From Myxococcota bacterium (GTDB lineage Bacteria > Myxococcota_A > UBA9160 > UBA6930), in contig OZ245002.1 in the NCBI GenBank assembly GCA_965223415.1, positions 4,096,001 through 4,160,000 on the forward strand: a stretch of 64,000 bases of DNA. Direction: 5' to 3'. The notes under the pieces are model-generated. The model worked only from the letters and a program-made list of their open reading frames with translations, had not been told where the DNA came from and did not search any database. The position numbers were made by a program, and so were the translations under genes. Shown piece by piece: positions 48,564 through 57,560 of the stretch. The number at the start of each line of letters is the position of its first letter. Within the stretch, counting starts at the first letter, position 1.

Positions 48564-49090
48564 GCGAGCGCGAAGAATCCGCCAGCGTCCATCGTCACCG
48601 CCGCCGCGCGCCCGGAAGCCTCGCCATCGGTGTGATCACCGTGAGCGACACCCGCACCCTGGACGACGACACCGGCGGCGCGCTCGTCGTCCGCCTCCTC
48701 GAGGAGGCCGGCCACCGGGTGGCCGGCCGGGAGATCGTGCCCGACGACGTGGACGCGATCCGTTCCGCTCTCGAGGGCCTGCTCGCCCGCCCCGAGACCC
48801 GCGCCGTCGTGCTCACCGGCGGCACCGGCGTGGCCCCCCGCGACGTCACGCCGGAGGCGATCACCCCGCTCCTGGACCGGGCCCTGCCGGGCTTCGGGGA
48901 GCTCTTCCGCATGCTCTCCTTCGAGGAGATCGGTCCGGCGGCGATGCTCTCCCGCGCCACCGCCGGACTGATCGGCGAGCGTGTCGTCTTCGCGCTGCCG
49001 GGCTCCCGCGGCGCCCTGCGCACCGCCCTCGAGAAGCTCATCCTCCCCGAGCTCGGGCATCTCGTCGGGGAGGGCGGCAAGCGCGGCTAG
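48560..49090 (+). CDS. moaB: Molybdenum cofactor biosynthesis protein MoaB/MogA
   Basis: ITVSDTR, IVPDD, TGGTGVAPRDVTPEA, GFGELFR, LPGS. Confidence 0.92.
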   Translation: MSEREESASVHRHRRRAPGSLAIGVITVSDTRTLDDDTGGALVVRLLEEAGHRVAGREIVPDDVDAIRSALEGLLARPETRAVVLTGGTGVAPRDVTPEAITPLLDRALPGFGELFRMLSFEEIGPAAMLSRATAGLIGERVVFALPGSRGALRTALEKLILPELGHLVGEGGKRG

Positions 49091-49482
49091 GCGCCCGCGT
49101 CGTTGCGCAGGGCGTCCGCTACCCGCCCGAAGGCTTTGTGCAGCAGCTTCGCGAGCTCCGGCTCCGCGCCCACCTCCCCGAGGGCCGCGTCCATGCACCG
49201 GAGCCAGGCGTCCCGCTCCGCCGGCCCGATGGCGTAGGGTGCATGGGCGGAGCGGATGCACTTGCGGTCCTCCCGCATCAGGTAGAGGGGCGGTCCGCCC
49301 AGCCAGCCGGACAGGTACTCGAAGAGGAGCTGCCGCATGGGGGCGAGGTCCGGCGCGTGCATGTCCCGGATGGCCCGCGCCTCGGGCCTCCGCTCCATCG
49401 CGTCGTAGAAGCGGTCGACCAGACGGCGCACGCCGTCCGCGCCCCCCAGCTCCCCGTACGGGTCCCGCTCGCCGGCGGCCAC
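49087..49482 (-). CDS. Group II truncated hemoglobin
   Basis: YGELGG..VRRLVDRFY, WLGGPPLY, AHAPYAIG..RDAWL. Confidence 0.9.
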   Translation of the reverse strand: MAAGERDPYGELGGADGVRRLVDRFYDAMERRPEARAIRDMHAPDLAPMRQLLFEYLSGWLGGPPLYLMREDRKCIRSAHAPYAIGPAERDAWLRCMDAALGEVGAEPELAKLLHKAFGRVADALRNDAGA

Positions 49483-49486
49483 CGGC

Positions 49487-49675
49487 CTACTCGGTCTTGA
49501 GGGCCTGCCGCGGGCAGAGGCGGACCGCCTCGTGCACGGCCTTCTCGTGCGCCGGCGGCACCTCTTCGATCAGCAGGGTCAGGGTGTCGTCTTCCTCGAC
49601 CCGGAAGACCTCCGGGCACTGCTCCATGCAGATCGCATTGGCCTCGCACAGGTCGCGATCGACGAGGATCTTCAT
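49487..49675 (-). CDS. Small monocluster (3Fe-4S type) ferredoxin
   Basis: VDRDLCEANAIC..CPEVF..CPRQAL; AAGGAG RBS. Confidence 0.92.
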   Translation of the reverse strand: MKILVDRDLCEANAICMEQCPEVFRVEEDDTLTLLIEEVPPAHEKAVHEAVRLCPRQALKTE

Positions 49676-49704
49676 GACGGCTCCTTGGTGTTGGGGTGGT
49701 CGGT

Positions 49705-50373
49705 TCAGCCCGAGGCGACCCGGGGGTTCGGGGAGGCTTCCGCCGACGTCTCGAGGACCTCGGGTCGGCAGAGAACGCGCTCGAGCACCTCGACGATGCG
49801 CAGAGCGAGCTCCTCGGGCTCGGCGTCGGGGCTGCGCTGCAGACGGGTGGCGAGCTGGAGCTGCATCAGGCCGAACACGTTCGTGGCCATGAGCTCCGGG
49901 TCCTCGGCCCGGAAGACGCCCTCCTCGATGCCGCGCTGCAAGAGGGCGGTCCAGGCGCGGATCCCGTCCTGGAACGACGCGCTGGCCTCCACGTCTCCCA
50001 CCGCCCAGGAGCGGCCCTCGCGCAGGTCGACGCGGAGGTAGTCCGGGTGCTCCATCAGGAAGCCGACGAAGGCGTGAACGCCCCGGTGCAGACGCTCTCG
50101 CGGGTCGCCCGGCTTCTTCAGGGCCCCGGCCACCTGGGACAGGAAGGCCGCCCCGCGGAACTCGTGGAGGGCCGCGAAGACGTCCTGCTTGCTGGGGAAC
50201 GCCCCGTAGAGGGTGCCGAGGGAGATTCCTGCCTCCGCGGCTACGTCCGCCATCTTGGAGGCGTGGTAGCCGGCCTCGGCGAAGACCCGCTCGGCCGAGG
50301 TGAGCACCAGCTCCCGGTACATCTGCTCGCGGGCCTCGGCAGCTCGGGAGCGTCGGCGGGGGCGACTCGGCAT
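49705..50373 (-). CDS. TetR family transcriptional regulator
   Basis: [31 protein letters not shown]. Confidence 0.92.
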   Translation of the reverse strand: MPSRPRRRSRAAEAREQMYRELVLTSAERVFAEAGYHASKMADVAAEAGISLGTLYGAFPSKQDVFAALHEFRGAAFLSQVAGALKKPGDPRERLHRGVHAFVGFLMEHPDYLRVDLREGRSWAVGDVEASASFQDGIRAWTALLQRGIEEGVFRAEDPELMATNVFGLMQLQLATRLQRSPDAEPEELALRIVEVLERVLCRPEVLETSAEASPNPRVASG

Positions 50374-50389
50374 ACTCGAATCTTACCTC

Positions 50390-50417
50390 TTGAAATCGAA
50401 ATTTCCATTACTATCAT
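50390..50417 (+). promoter_or_regulatory. P450 promoter with overlapping palindromic TetR-type operator
   Basis: TTGAAA-N16-TATCAT; imperfect palindrome aatcgaaatttccatt at 50394-50409 in an AT-rich divergent spacer. Confidence 0.55.
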
Positions 50418-50444
50418 CGAAACGACGCATTCAGGAGGCAACCC

Positions 50445-51629
50445 ATGACGCTCGCCTACGACCCCTTCGACGAGGCCATCCGCACCGATCCCCTGCCGGT
50501 CTACAAGCGCCTGCGGGACGAGGCGCCCGCCTACTACATGGAGAAGTACGACGCCTGGGCCCTCTCGCGCTTCCAGGACATCTGGGACGCCTCGTCGAAC
50601 GACGCCTTCTCGGCGGCCCGGGGCACCACACCCGCCCAGCTGCTCACCAAGGACCAGCCCGTCACGCCCATGCTGAACGTGATGGACCCGCCGGCCCACA
50701 CCCAGCTGCGCACGGTGATCCGCCGCTGCTTCCTGCCGAAGAACGTACGCGCGGTGGAGCCCGTCGCACGCCAGCTCGTGAAGGAGCTGCTCGACGAGGT
50801 CGCCGACCGGGACGGGTTCGATGCCATCGGCGATTTCTCCGCTCGCCTGTCCGTCACCGTGGCCTGCATCGCCATCGGCCTTCCGGTCGAGGACGGGCCG
50901 ATGCTCTCGAAGCTCGTGCAGCGCTTCTTCCACCACGACCCGGGCCAGGAGGGCATCACTCCCGAAGGCTTCGCGGCGCTCACGGAGCTCTCCGCCTACT
51001 GCGAGGACATGATCAAGGCGCGCCGCAAGCAGCCGGCGGAGACCCCGGCGGCCATCGACGAGCTGGCCTCCTTCGAGCTCGCCGGCCAGCTCTTCTCCGA
51101 CGCCGACGCGGGCTCCCACGTCTCGATGCTCGTGATCGGCGGCTCCGAGACCTTCCCGAAGGTGCTGGCGAACGGCTTGCGGCGTCTGGCGGAGCACCCG
51201 GACCAGCGCGCCCAGCTCACCGCGGATCCCACCGGCATCCCCGACGCCTTCAACGAGATCCTCCGCTACGACATGCCCACCCAGTTCCTGGGCCGCACCC
51301 TCACCCGCGACGTCACGCTCCACGGGCAGACCCTGAAGAAGGACCAGCCCGTGATCTTCCTCTACGCCTCGGCCAACAAGGACGATCGCGAGTTCGACGA
51401 CCCGGACACCTTCGACATCCTGCGCCGACCGCCGCGTTTCCTCTCCTTCGGCGCCGGCAATCACCAGTGCCTCGGCACCCACGTGGCGCGCATGGAAGGC
51501 AAGATCTGTCTGGAGGAGATCCTGGCCCGCTTCCCGGATTACGAGGTCGACCTGGATCGGGCCGTCAGGCTCAAGACCGAGTTCGTCCAGGGCTTCGCAT
51601 CGCTGCCGCTGCGCATCAGCGCTTCTTGA
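50445..51629 (+). CDS. Cytochrome P450
   Basis: MDPPAHT, I-helix GGSET, EILR, SANKD, heme motif FGAGNHQCLG. Confidence 0.96.
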   Translation: MTLAYDPFDEAIRTDPLPVYKRLRDEAPAYYMEKYDAWALSRFQDIWDASSNDAFSAARGTTPAQLLTKDQPVTPMLNVMDPPAHTQLRTVIRRCFLPKNVRAVEPVARQLVKELLDEVADRDGFDAIGDFSARLSVTVACIAIGLPVEDGPMLSKLVQRFFHHDPGQEGITPEGFAALTELSAYCEDMIKARRKQPAETPAAIDELASFELAGQLFSDADAGSHVSMLVIGGSETFPKVLANGLRRLAEHPDQRAQLTADPTGIPDAFNEILRYDMPTQFLGRTLTRDVTLHGQTLKKDQPVIFLYASANKDDREFDDPDTFDILRRPPRFLSFGAGNHQCLGTHVARMEGKICLEEILARFPDYEVDLDRAVRLKTEFVQGFASLPLRISAS

Positions 51630-51685
51630 AGCTGCGGTAGGCTCTCCTCGCTCCCGAGTCCCGCACCCGGAAGGGAGAAGATGTC

Positions 51686-52249
51686 GTGCTCTGGTTGATC
51701 CTCGGCGTGCTGCTGTTCGCCGGCATGCACCTCACGAAGGCCCTCGAGGCCGGCTTCCGAGCCCGCTTCATCGAGGCACGCGGCGCCCAGCCGTGGCAAG
51801 GCGTGTTCAGCGTGGCAGTACTCGTCGGCGTCGGCCTGATGGTGCTGGGCTGGCGGAGCAGCGAGCCGAGCCATCTCTACGCGGTGCCGGCTTGGAGCCG
51901 CTGGGCGGCGAACGGGCTCATGGCCGTGGGCCTGCTGCTGTTCGTGGCCTCGGGCGTGCCGACCAACCTGAAGCGTTTCCTCCGCCATCCCCAGCTCACC
52001 GGCGTTGCCACCTGGGCCGCGGCCCACCTGCTCGCCAACGGCGACTCTCGCTCCCTCGTGCTCTTCGGCGGGCTCGGCGCCTGGGCACTGCTCGAGATCG
52101 CACTGATCAACCGGCGTGACGGTGCCTGGGAGAAGCCCGAGTCGCTGCCCTTCAGCGCGGACCTGAAGCCTCTGGTCGGGGCGGCGGTGGTTTTCGCCGT
52201 GCTGCTCTTCGTCCACCCGTGGATCGCGGGCGTGCCCGCGCTGCCCTAG
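51686..52249 (+). CDS. NnrU family membrane protein
   Basis: LILGVLLFAGMH, RHPQLTG..WAAAHLLANGD. Confidence 0.85.
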   Translation: MLWLILGVLLFAGMHLTKALEAGFRARFIEARGAQPWQGVFSVAVLVGVGLMVLGWRSSEPSHLYAVPAWSRWAANGLMAVGLLLFVASGVPTNLKRFLRHPQLTGVATWAAAHLLANGDSRSLVLFGGLGAWALLEIALINRRDGAWEKPESLPFSADLKPLVGAAVVFAVLLFVHPWIAGVPALP

Positions 52250-52259
52250 CCGAGCCCGC

Positions 52260-52928
52260 TCACCGGCGGAGGTCCACGCCGAGGTCCTCCCACATGCGGG
52301 CGTAGTCGTTGTCGACGGGGTCCGGGATCTCGTACAGCCACCCGCCGAGCGCCATCACACCGACCACCAGCACCGTGCCGGCGACACCGATCGGGAGCCA
52401 GAAGCCCGCACCGTGTCGAACGCGCTCCGGCAGCGGGCGGCCGAAGACCGACGCCGCGATCCCGAGGCCGTTCGCCAGGTGGTAGAGGCCGCACAGGGCG
52501 AACAGCGTGTAGTAGGGGTAGAAGAGCGCCGGGACCCACCAGAGCGAGAAGGAGAGCCCGGCGAAGCCCGGGTGGAAGCCCAGCAGGAAGGACGGCGAGC
52601 GCGTGGCCAATACGTGGCCTCCGATGACCAGGAGCAGGTAGTAGCCGGTGAGGCGGTGGAGGCGGCTGCGCCAGGAGCGCGTCGTGCGCCGAAAGCCGCT
52701 GCGGCGCAGCCTCGCCAGGGCGGCGCCCGCGTGGACGAGGAGGGGGAGGACGACCAGCGCCGCCTCGACCAGCGGCTGCTGGTAGACTGCGCGAGCGCGC
52801 GCCTGGAAGCCGTCGTAGGCCTCGGCGCTCACGCCGGCGAAGGCGAGATTCACCAGGTGGACCGCGACGAACACGGCGAAGGCGAGCCCGGAGGCCGCCT
52901 GGATCCGCAGCAGGTTTCGGTCGGACAC
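52260..52928 (-). CDS. Membrane protein with His-bearing helices (SdhC/cytochrome b-like)
   Basis: QAASGL..VHLVN, LLVHA, LHRLTG..GHV, LYHLANG; GGAGGAG RBS before GTG. Confidence 0.7.
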   Translation of the reverse strand: MSDRNLLRIQAASGLAFAVFVAVHLVNLAFAGVSAEAYDGFQARARAVYQQPLVEAALVVLPLLVHAGAALARLRRSGFRRTTRSWRSRLHRLTGYYLLLVIGGHVLATRSPSFLLGFHPGFAGLSFSLWWVPALFYPYYTLFALCGLYHLANGLGIAASVFGRPLPERVRHGAGFWLPIGVAGTVLVVGVMALGGWLYEIPDPVDNDYARMWEDLGVDLRR

Positions 52929-52952
52929 GGTTCGACTCCTCCCCGGAAGCCC

Positions 52953-53008
52953 AGGGGAGGCGAGGCGGCGAGAGGTTCCCGGGAACCTCTCGCCGCCCCG
53001 GTGCCCCT
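52953..53008. promoter_or_regulatory. Back-to-back ECF-type promoters forming a perfect 34-bp palindrome
   Basis: ggcggcgagaggttccc|gggaacctctcgccgcc (52964-52997); both strands read GGAACC-N16-CCCCT. Confidence 0.7.
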
Positions 53009-53015
53009 CCGGACC

Positions 53016-53504
53016 GTGGAAGACGAGCGTTCCGTTCGCGCCGCGCAGGAGGGCGACCCGATGGCCATGTCCCGGTTGCTGGACGGGCTGGCGCCGTACG
53101 TCGGCCGGATCTGCGGCGCCATCGCCCTGGACGACGGGCCCGACGCCGCCCAGGACACCCTGCTCCAGGTGTTCCGGGATCTGCCGGGCCTGCGGGACCG
53201 GTCGGCCCTGCGCCCCTGGGTGCGACGCATCGCGGTGCGCGAGGCGGTCCGCCACGCCCGCAGGGCCTTCCGCGAGCCCCCGACCCAGATCGATCTCCCG
53301 ACGGCTCCGGCGGCGGAGACCGCCGGCGACGTGCGCCGGGTGCTGGCGGGCCTCGCGCCGGACCAGCGGGCGATCCTGCTGCTGCGCGATCTGGAGGGGT
53401 ACTCCGAGGAGGAGGCGGCCCGGGAGCTCCGGGTGGCGCGGGGCACGGTGAAATCCCGCCTCCACCGGGCGCGGGGCGCCTTCGCCCGACGGTGGTCGTC
53501 GTGA
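53016..53504 (+). CDS. ECF RNA polymerase sigma factor
   Basis: DAAQDTLLQVFR..WVRRIAVRE (region 2); LLRDLEGYSEEEAA..GTVKSRLHRAR (region 4). Confidence 0.9.
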   Translation: MEDERSVRAAQEGDPMAMSRLLDGLAPYVGRICGAIALDDGPDAAQDTLLQVFRDLPGLRDRSALRPWVRRIAVREAVRHARRAFREPPTQIDLPTAPAAETAGDVRRVLAGLAPDQRAILLLRDLEGYSEEEAARELRVARGTVKSRLHRARGAFARRWSS

Positions 53505-53953
53505 GCGCCTGGCCGACCGCCGAGCTCGACGCCGTCGTGCGGCTCCGCGTCCTTGCCGCCGGCCTCCCGCAGGTGGCGCTCGAGGAGCGGGTCGTCGCGG
53601 TCGGGTTCGCCCGGGTATGGGCGCTGCTGGGCGATCTCGAGCGGGGTGCGCCCCGCTTCGAGACGGGCATCGAGGAGGTTCGGGTCCTCGAGCGGGAGGG
53701 CGACCGGCTCCGGGTGAAGGCCCGTGGGTCCCGGGGGCCGGCCGTGGAGCTCGCGGCGGAGCTCCGAACGGGTTGGTGTCTCATGTCTTCTGCTTCCGTG
53801 GTGATCGGGATGGCCGCGGCGCCCGAGGGCTCGGGCACCCGCATCGCGCACTTCGAGGGGATGCCCGGCCTGGTCGGCCGGCTGGCCCGGCCGCTCTTCC
53901 GCTGGAAGGTCCGCCGGGAGCTGGCCCACGTCGCCCGTCTGCTCGAAGGCTGA
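53501..53953 (+). CDS. SRPBCC/START-like protein
   Basis: WPTAELDAVVRLRVLA..VWALLGDLE; GTGA coupling to the sigma gene. Confidence 0.6.
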   Translation: MSAWPTAELDAVVRLRVLAAGLPQVALEERVVAVGFARVWALLGDLERGAPRFETGIEEVRVLEREGDRLRVKARGSRGPAVELAAELRTGWCLMSSASVVIGMAAAPEGSGTRIAHFEGMPGLVGRLARPLFRWKVRRELAHVARLLEG

Positions 53954-53986
53954 CCGCGGTACCCTCGGCCCGCGAAGGAGAACGCC

Positions 53987-55591
53987 ATGGCGAACGCCGC
54001 TCGGCGTAGCATCTGGGCCTGGGGCCTCGAGTCCGACGAGCCGAGCCAGGAAGAGCGGATCGGGTTCGCCAGGAGCCTGTCCGAGGAATGGGGGACGGAC
54101 CTGGCCGTGCCCGAGGCCATGCCCCTCTCGGCGATCGAGCTGCGGTCGCCGCGGGCCCAGCCCGGGGACGCGCTGGCGTCCTTCTGCACGACGGATCCCC
54201 ACGAGCGGGCGTTCCACACCTACGGCAGCGCCTTCCTGGAGCGGCTCTGGGCGTTCCGCGGCGAGTTCCCGCACCCGCCCGACTTCGTGGCGCACCCGCG
54301 TGACGAGGACGAGCTCGAGCGGGTGCTCGCCGTCTGCCACGACCGGGGCTGGCGGGTGGTGCCCTGGGGCGGCGGCTCCTCGGTGGTCTACGGCCTCTCG
54401 GTGCCGGAGGACGACGTCCCCTGCGTGACCGTCGACCTCGACCGCCTGGATCGAGTGCTCGAGATCGACGAGACCTCCCGGGCGGCGCGCATCCAGGCCG
54501 GCGTGCTCGGTCCGGCCCTCGAAGACCAGCTGCGCCCGAGCGGCCACACCCTGCGCCACTTTCCCCAGAGCTTCGAATGGTCGACGCTCGGCGGCTGGAT
54601 CGCCACCCGTTCCGGCGGGCACTACGCGACGAACCACACCCACATCGACGACTTCGTCGAGTCGGTCCGCATGCTGACGCCGTCGGGCTGGTGGGAATCG
54701 CGGCGGCTGCCCGGCAGCGGCGCCGGACCGAGTCCGGACCGGCTGGCGATCGGCTCCGAGGGGATCCTCGGCGTGATCACCGAGGCGTGGATGCGTATCC
54801 AACGCCGCCCGCGCTACCGGGCCACCGCCGGCGTGCGCTTCGACTCCTGGCAGGCGGGCGCCGAGGCGGCCCGGCACGTCGCCCAGGCCAAGCTGTGGCC
54901 GGCGAACCTGCGGCTCCTCGACCCGCGAGAGGCGAGGAATGCCGGGCTCGACGGCCGCCAGGCGCTGCTGATCGTCGGCTTCGAGTCCGCCGAGCTGCCC
55001 CAGGGCGGCAGCATCGCCCAGGCCGTCGAGATCGCCCGGGCGTGTGGAGGGCAGATCGGCGACGACGAGATCCGCGTTTCCGACGCCAGCGAGAAGGCCA
55101 CTGGCCGGGAAGGCGCGGTGGGTGCTTGGCGCAGCGCCTTCATCGGCGTCGGCAAGGGGCTGAACCTGATCACCGGCCTCGGGCTGATCGCCGACACCTT
55201 CGAGACCTCCATCACCTGGGACCGCTGGCCCGCCTTCGACCAGGAGGTGCGCGCCTCGGTGGAGAAGGCCCTGGCAGAGGTGGCCGGCGGCGGTGCGCTC
55301 TCCTGCCGCTTCACCCATGTGTACCCGGACGGCCCGGCGCCCTACTACACGTTCTCCACCCGCGGCCGCCAGGGGGCCGAGGTGGAGCAGTGGCAGGCGA
55401 TCAAGGCCGCCGCCACCGACGCCGTGATCCGCGCCGGAGGCACCAGCACCCACCACCACGCGGTGGGCCGCATGCACCGCGACGGATACGACCGCCAGCG
55501 CCCCGAGCTCTTCGCCCGCGCCCTCCGCGCCGCCAAACGCGACCTCGACCCCCGGGGAATCCTCAACCCCGGCGTCCTCATCGACCCCTGA
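53987..55591 (+). CDS. FAD-binding oxidoreductase, alkyl-DHAP synthase-like
   Basis: PWGGGSSVV, HFPQSFEWSTLGGWIATRSGG, GSEGILGVITE, HVYPDG, HHHAVG, NPG. Confidence 0.85.
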   Translation: MANAARRSIWAWGLESDEPSQEERIGFARSLSEEWGTDLAVPEAMPLSAIELRSPRAQPGDALASFCTTDPHERAFHTYGSAFLERLWAFRGEFPHPPDFVAHPRDEDELERVLAVCHDRGWRVVPWGGGSSVVYGLSVPEDDVPCVTVDLDRLDRVLEIDETSRAARIQAGVLGPALEDQLRPSGHTLRHFPQSFEWSTLGGWIATRSGGHYATNHTHIDDFVESVRMLTPSGWWESRRLPGSGAGPSPDRLAIGSEGILGVITEAWMRIQRRPRYRATAGVRFDSWQAGAEAARHVAQAKLWPANLRLLDPREARNAGLDGRQALLIVGFESAELPQGGSIAQAVEIARACGGQIGDDEIRVSDASEKATGREGAVGAWRSAFIGVGKGLNLITGLGLIADTFETSITWDRWPAFDQEVRASVEKALAEVAGGGALSCRFTHVYPDGPAPYYTFSTRGRQGAEVEQWQAIKAAATDAVIRAGGTSTHHHAVGRMHRDGYDRQRPELFARALRAAKRDLDPRGILNPGVLIDP

Positions 55592-55676
55592 TCAAGAAAC
55601 GGGGCCGGAGTTAAGAATTCAGTTGCCCCCCTTCGGGGGGCAACTGAATTCTTAACTCCGGCCCCGTTTCTTGATC
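55590..55676. repeat. Perfect 42-bp inverted repeat with a 3-nt loop
   Basis: 55590-55631 is the exact reverse complement of 55635-55676; GATC at both ends. Confidence 0.95.
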
Positions 55677-55702
55677 GCCGATAACGGGTTGTGGCTCGTC
55701 GA

Positions 55703-56971
55703 ATGCGGATTCTCCTGCTCGTGTCCCTGGCCTGCCTGCTGCTCTCGGCGGACCTGCACGTCTGGGTCGACGGGGAGGGGCGGACCCACGTCACGGACGA
55801 TCCCTCCCGGGTGCCCTCGGGGGCCGAGCGGGCGGCGGACGTGGGGGCGGTACGCGGCCTGTGGAACGGCGATCGCCTGGGCGAGCCGCTCTGGACGCCG
55901 CCCGGCTGGAGTGGGCGTCTCGAGGACCGACAGATCCGGGTCCTGCGCGACGCGGTGGCCGATCTGGGCCGCGGCGAGGCCGGTCGGGCCAGCTCGGCCC
56001 TGCGGGCGATCCTGCGCGACGAGCCGAACCGCCCGGAGCCCCACTTCTACCTGGCCCTGATCGAGGGCCGCAGGGGCCACCTGGAGCAGGCCGAGAGCCA
56101 CCTCCGCACCTTCCTCTCGGTGGCCGGCGAGCGCTTCGACCCCTGGCGCGCCTCCGCCGAGCAGCGCCTCGCGCGCCTCGACGACGAGCGCCGGCTCATG
56201 GACCAGCCCCGCGCCGGGCCCCTACGCCTCGTCGACCTGGAGCATGACGCCTTCCGGATCCAGGCCGACGCGGCGCTCCTGGCCACGGGCGAGGTCACCT
56301 TCGCCCGCACCGTGGCCCGCTACCTGGACGACGCCCGCAGCCTGGTGGGTAGCCGGGTCGGAGCCTTCCCGGCCGAGCCCACCGGCGTCGTGCTCTACGG
56401 CAAGGCGGCCTACGTGAAGGCCCACGCCCACCGCTTCAGCTTCCAGACCGTCGGCTTCTTCGACGGCCGCATCCACGTCGTCTCGAAGGCGCACCCGGCC
56501 GGCGAGCTGCGGACGCTCCTGGTCCACGAGTACACCCACGCGCTGTTCCGCGAGCAGACCGGCGGCGATCGTCCGTTCTGGCTGAACGAGGGGCTGGCCG
56601 AGATCTACGAGCGCGCCTCCCAGCGGCGCGCGTCGCTGTCCCGCAGCGAACGATCCCGGCTGCGCACCGCGATCGAGGCCGGCAGCTGGATCCGGCTCGA
56701 GCGCCTGGCACCGAGCTTCGCCGGCCTCGACAACCGCGAGGCCCGCCTCGCCTACACCATCGCCACCGCCGCCGCCGACTGGATCGAGCGCCACAGCACC
56801 CCCGCCGCCCGGGCCGAGCTGCTGCGCCGCATCGGCGAGGGCTGGCGCACCGATGACGCCCTGCGCGAGGCAGTGGGCACCACCACGACCGGCCTGGAGA
56901 AGGCGCTCAAGGACGAGCTGCGCGGCGCTCTCGCCGGCGTCCGGCCGCCGCCGGCGGCGAAGGGCCCGTAG
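55703..56971 (+). CDS. Exported metallopeptidase (DUF4124-like + TPR + gluzincin/MA domain)
   Basis: Signal peptide; WVDGEGRTHVTDDP; TPR; HEYTH..WLNEGLAE. Confidence 0.82.
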   Translation: MRILLLVSLACLLLSADLHVWVDGEGRTHVTDDPSRVPSGAERAADVGAVRGLWNGDRLGEPLWTPPGWSGRLEDRQIRVLRDAVADLGRGEAGRASSALRAILRDEPNRPEPHFYLALIEGRRGHLEQAESHLRTFLSVAGERFDPWRASAEQRLARLDDERRLMDQPRAGPLRLVDLEHDAFRIQADAALLATGEVTFARTVARYLDDARSLVGSRVGAFPAEPTGVVLYGKAAYVKAHAHRFSFQTVGFFDGRIHVVSKAHPAGELRTLLVHEYTHALFREQTGGDRPFWLNEGLAEIYERASQRRASLSRSERSRLRTAIEAGSWIRLERLAPSFAGLDNREARLAYTIATAAADWIERHSTPAARAELLRRIGEGWRTDDALREAVGTTTTGLEKALKDELRGALAGVRPPPAAKGP

Positions 56972-56980
56972 ACTCGGGGC

Positions 56981-57550
56981 GTGCGCAGGCCCGACCGTCC
57001 CCACCTCCTCGGCATCGACGACGGGCCCTTCGACAAGTTCCGCGACCCCCACGCCCCGCTGGTCGGCGTCGTGACCGAGGCCGGCGACCTCGTGGAAGGC
57101 GTCGCGGTCTCGCGCCTCGAGGTGGACGGCGACGACGTGACCCGGGTGCTCGCCGCCTGGATCGCCGGCCTGCGCTTCCGCCCCGGGCTCCACGGCGTGG
57201 TGCTGGGCGGCATCACCATTGCGGGCCTGTCGGTGGTGGACGTGCCCGCCCTCGCCGAGGCCACCGGCCTGCCGGTGATGGCCGTCGGGCGAAGGCCGCC
57301 GCGGGACGAGGCCCTGGTGGCCGCCCTCGAGACCGCCGGCCTCGCCGAGCGCGCCCGGATCGTCGCCCGCACCCCGGCGGCAAAGCCCGTGAGCGAAGGC
57401 CTCTACGCCGCCTGCGCGGGCCTGCCCGACGACGTCGCCGCCGCCTGGCTGCGCGCCGCCTGCCGCAAGAGCGCACTCCCCGAGCCCCTGCGTCTCGCCC
57501 ACCTGATCGCCGCGGCCATCGCGAACGGAAGCTCCCGGGGGCGGGTGTAG
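56981..57550 (+). CDS. DUF99 family (endonuclease V-like) protein
   Basis: LLGIDDGPF, VDGDD, GGITIAG, PEPLRLAHLIA. Confidence 0.85.
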   Translation: MRRPDRPHLLGIDDGPFDKFRDPHAPLVGVVTEAGDLVEGVAVSRLEVDGDDVTRVLAAWIAGLRFRPGLHGVVLGGITIAGLSVVDVPALAEATGLPVMAVGRRPPRDEALVAALETAGLAERARIVARTPAAKPVSEGLYAACAGLPDDVAAAWLRAACRKSALPEPLRLAHLIAAAIANGSSRGRV

Positions 57551-57560
57551 CGGACGGGCG

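Noticed and set aside
52925..52955. GGTTCGACTCC resembling a tRNA T-loop
   Set aside because: Flanks cannot form a T-stem or cloverleaf; it is the reverse complement of the RBS region of the minus-strand gene
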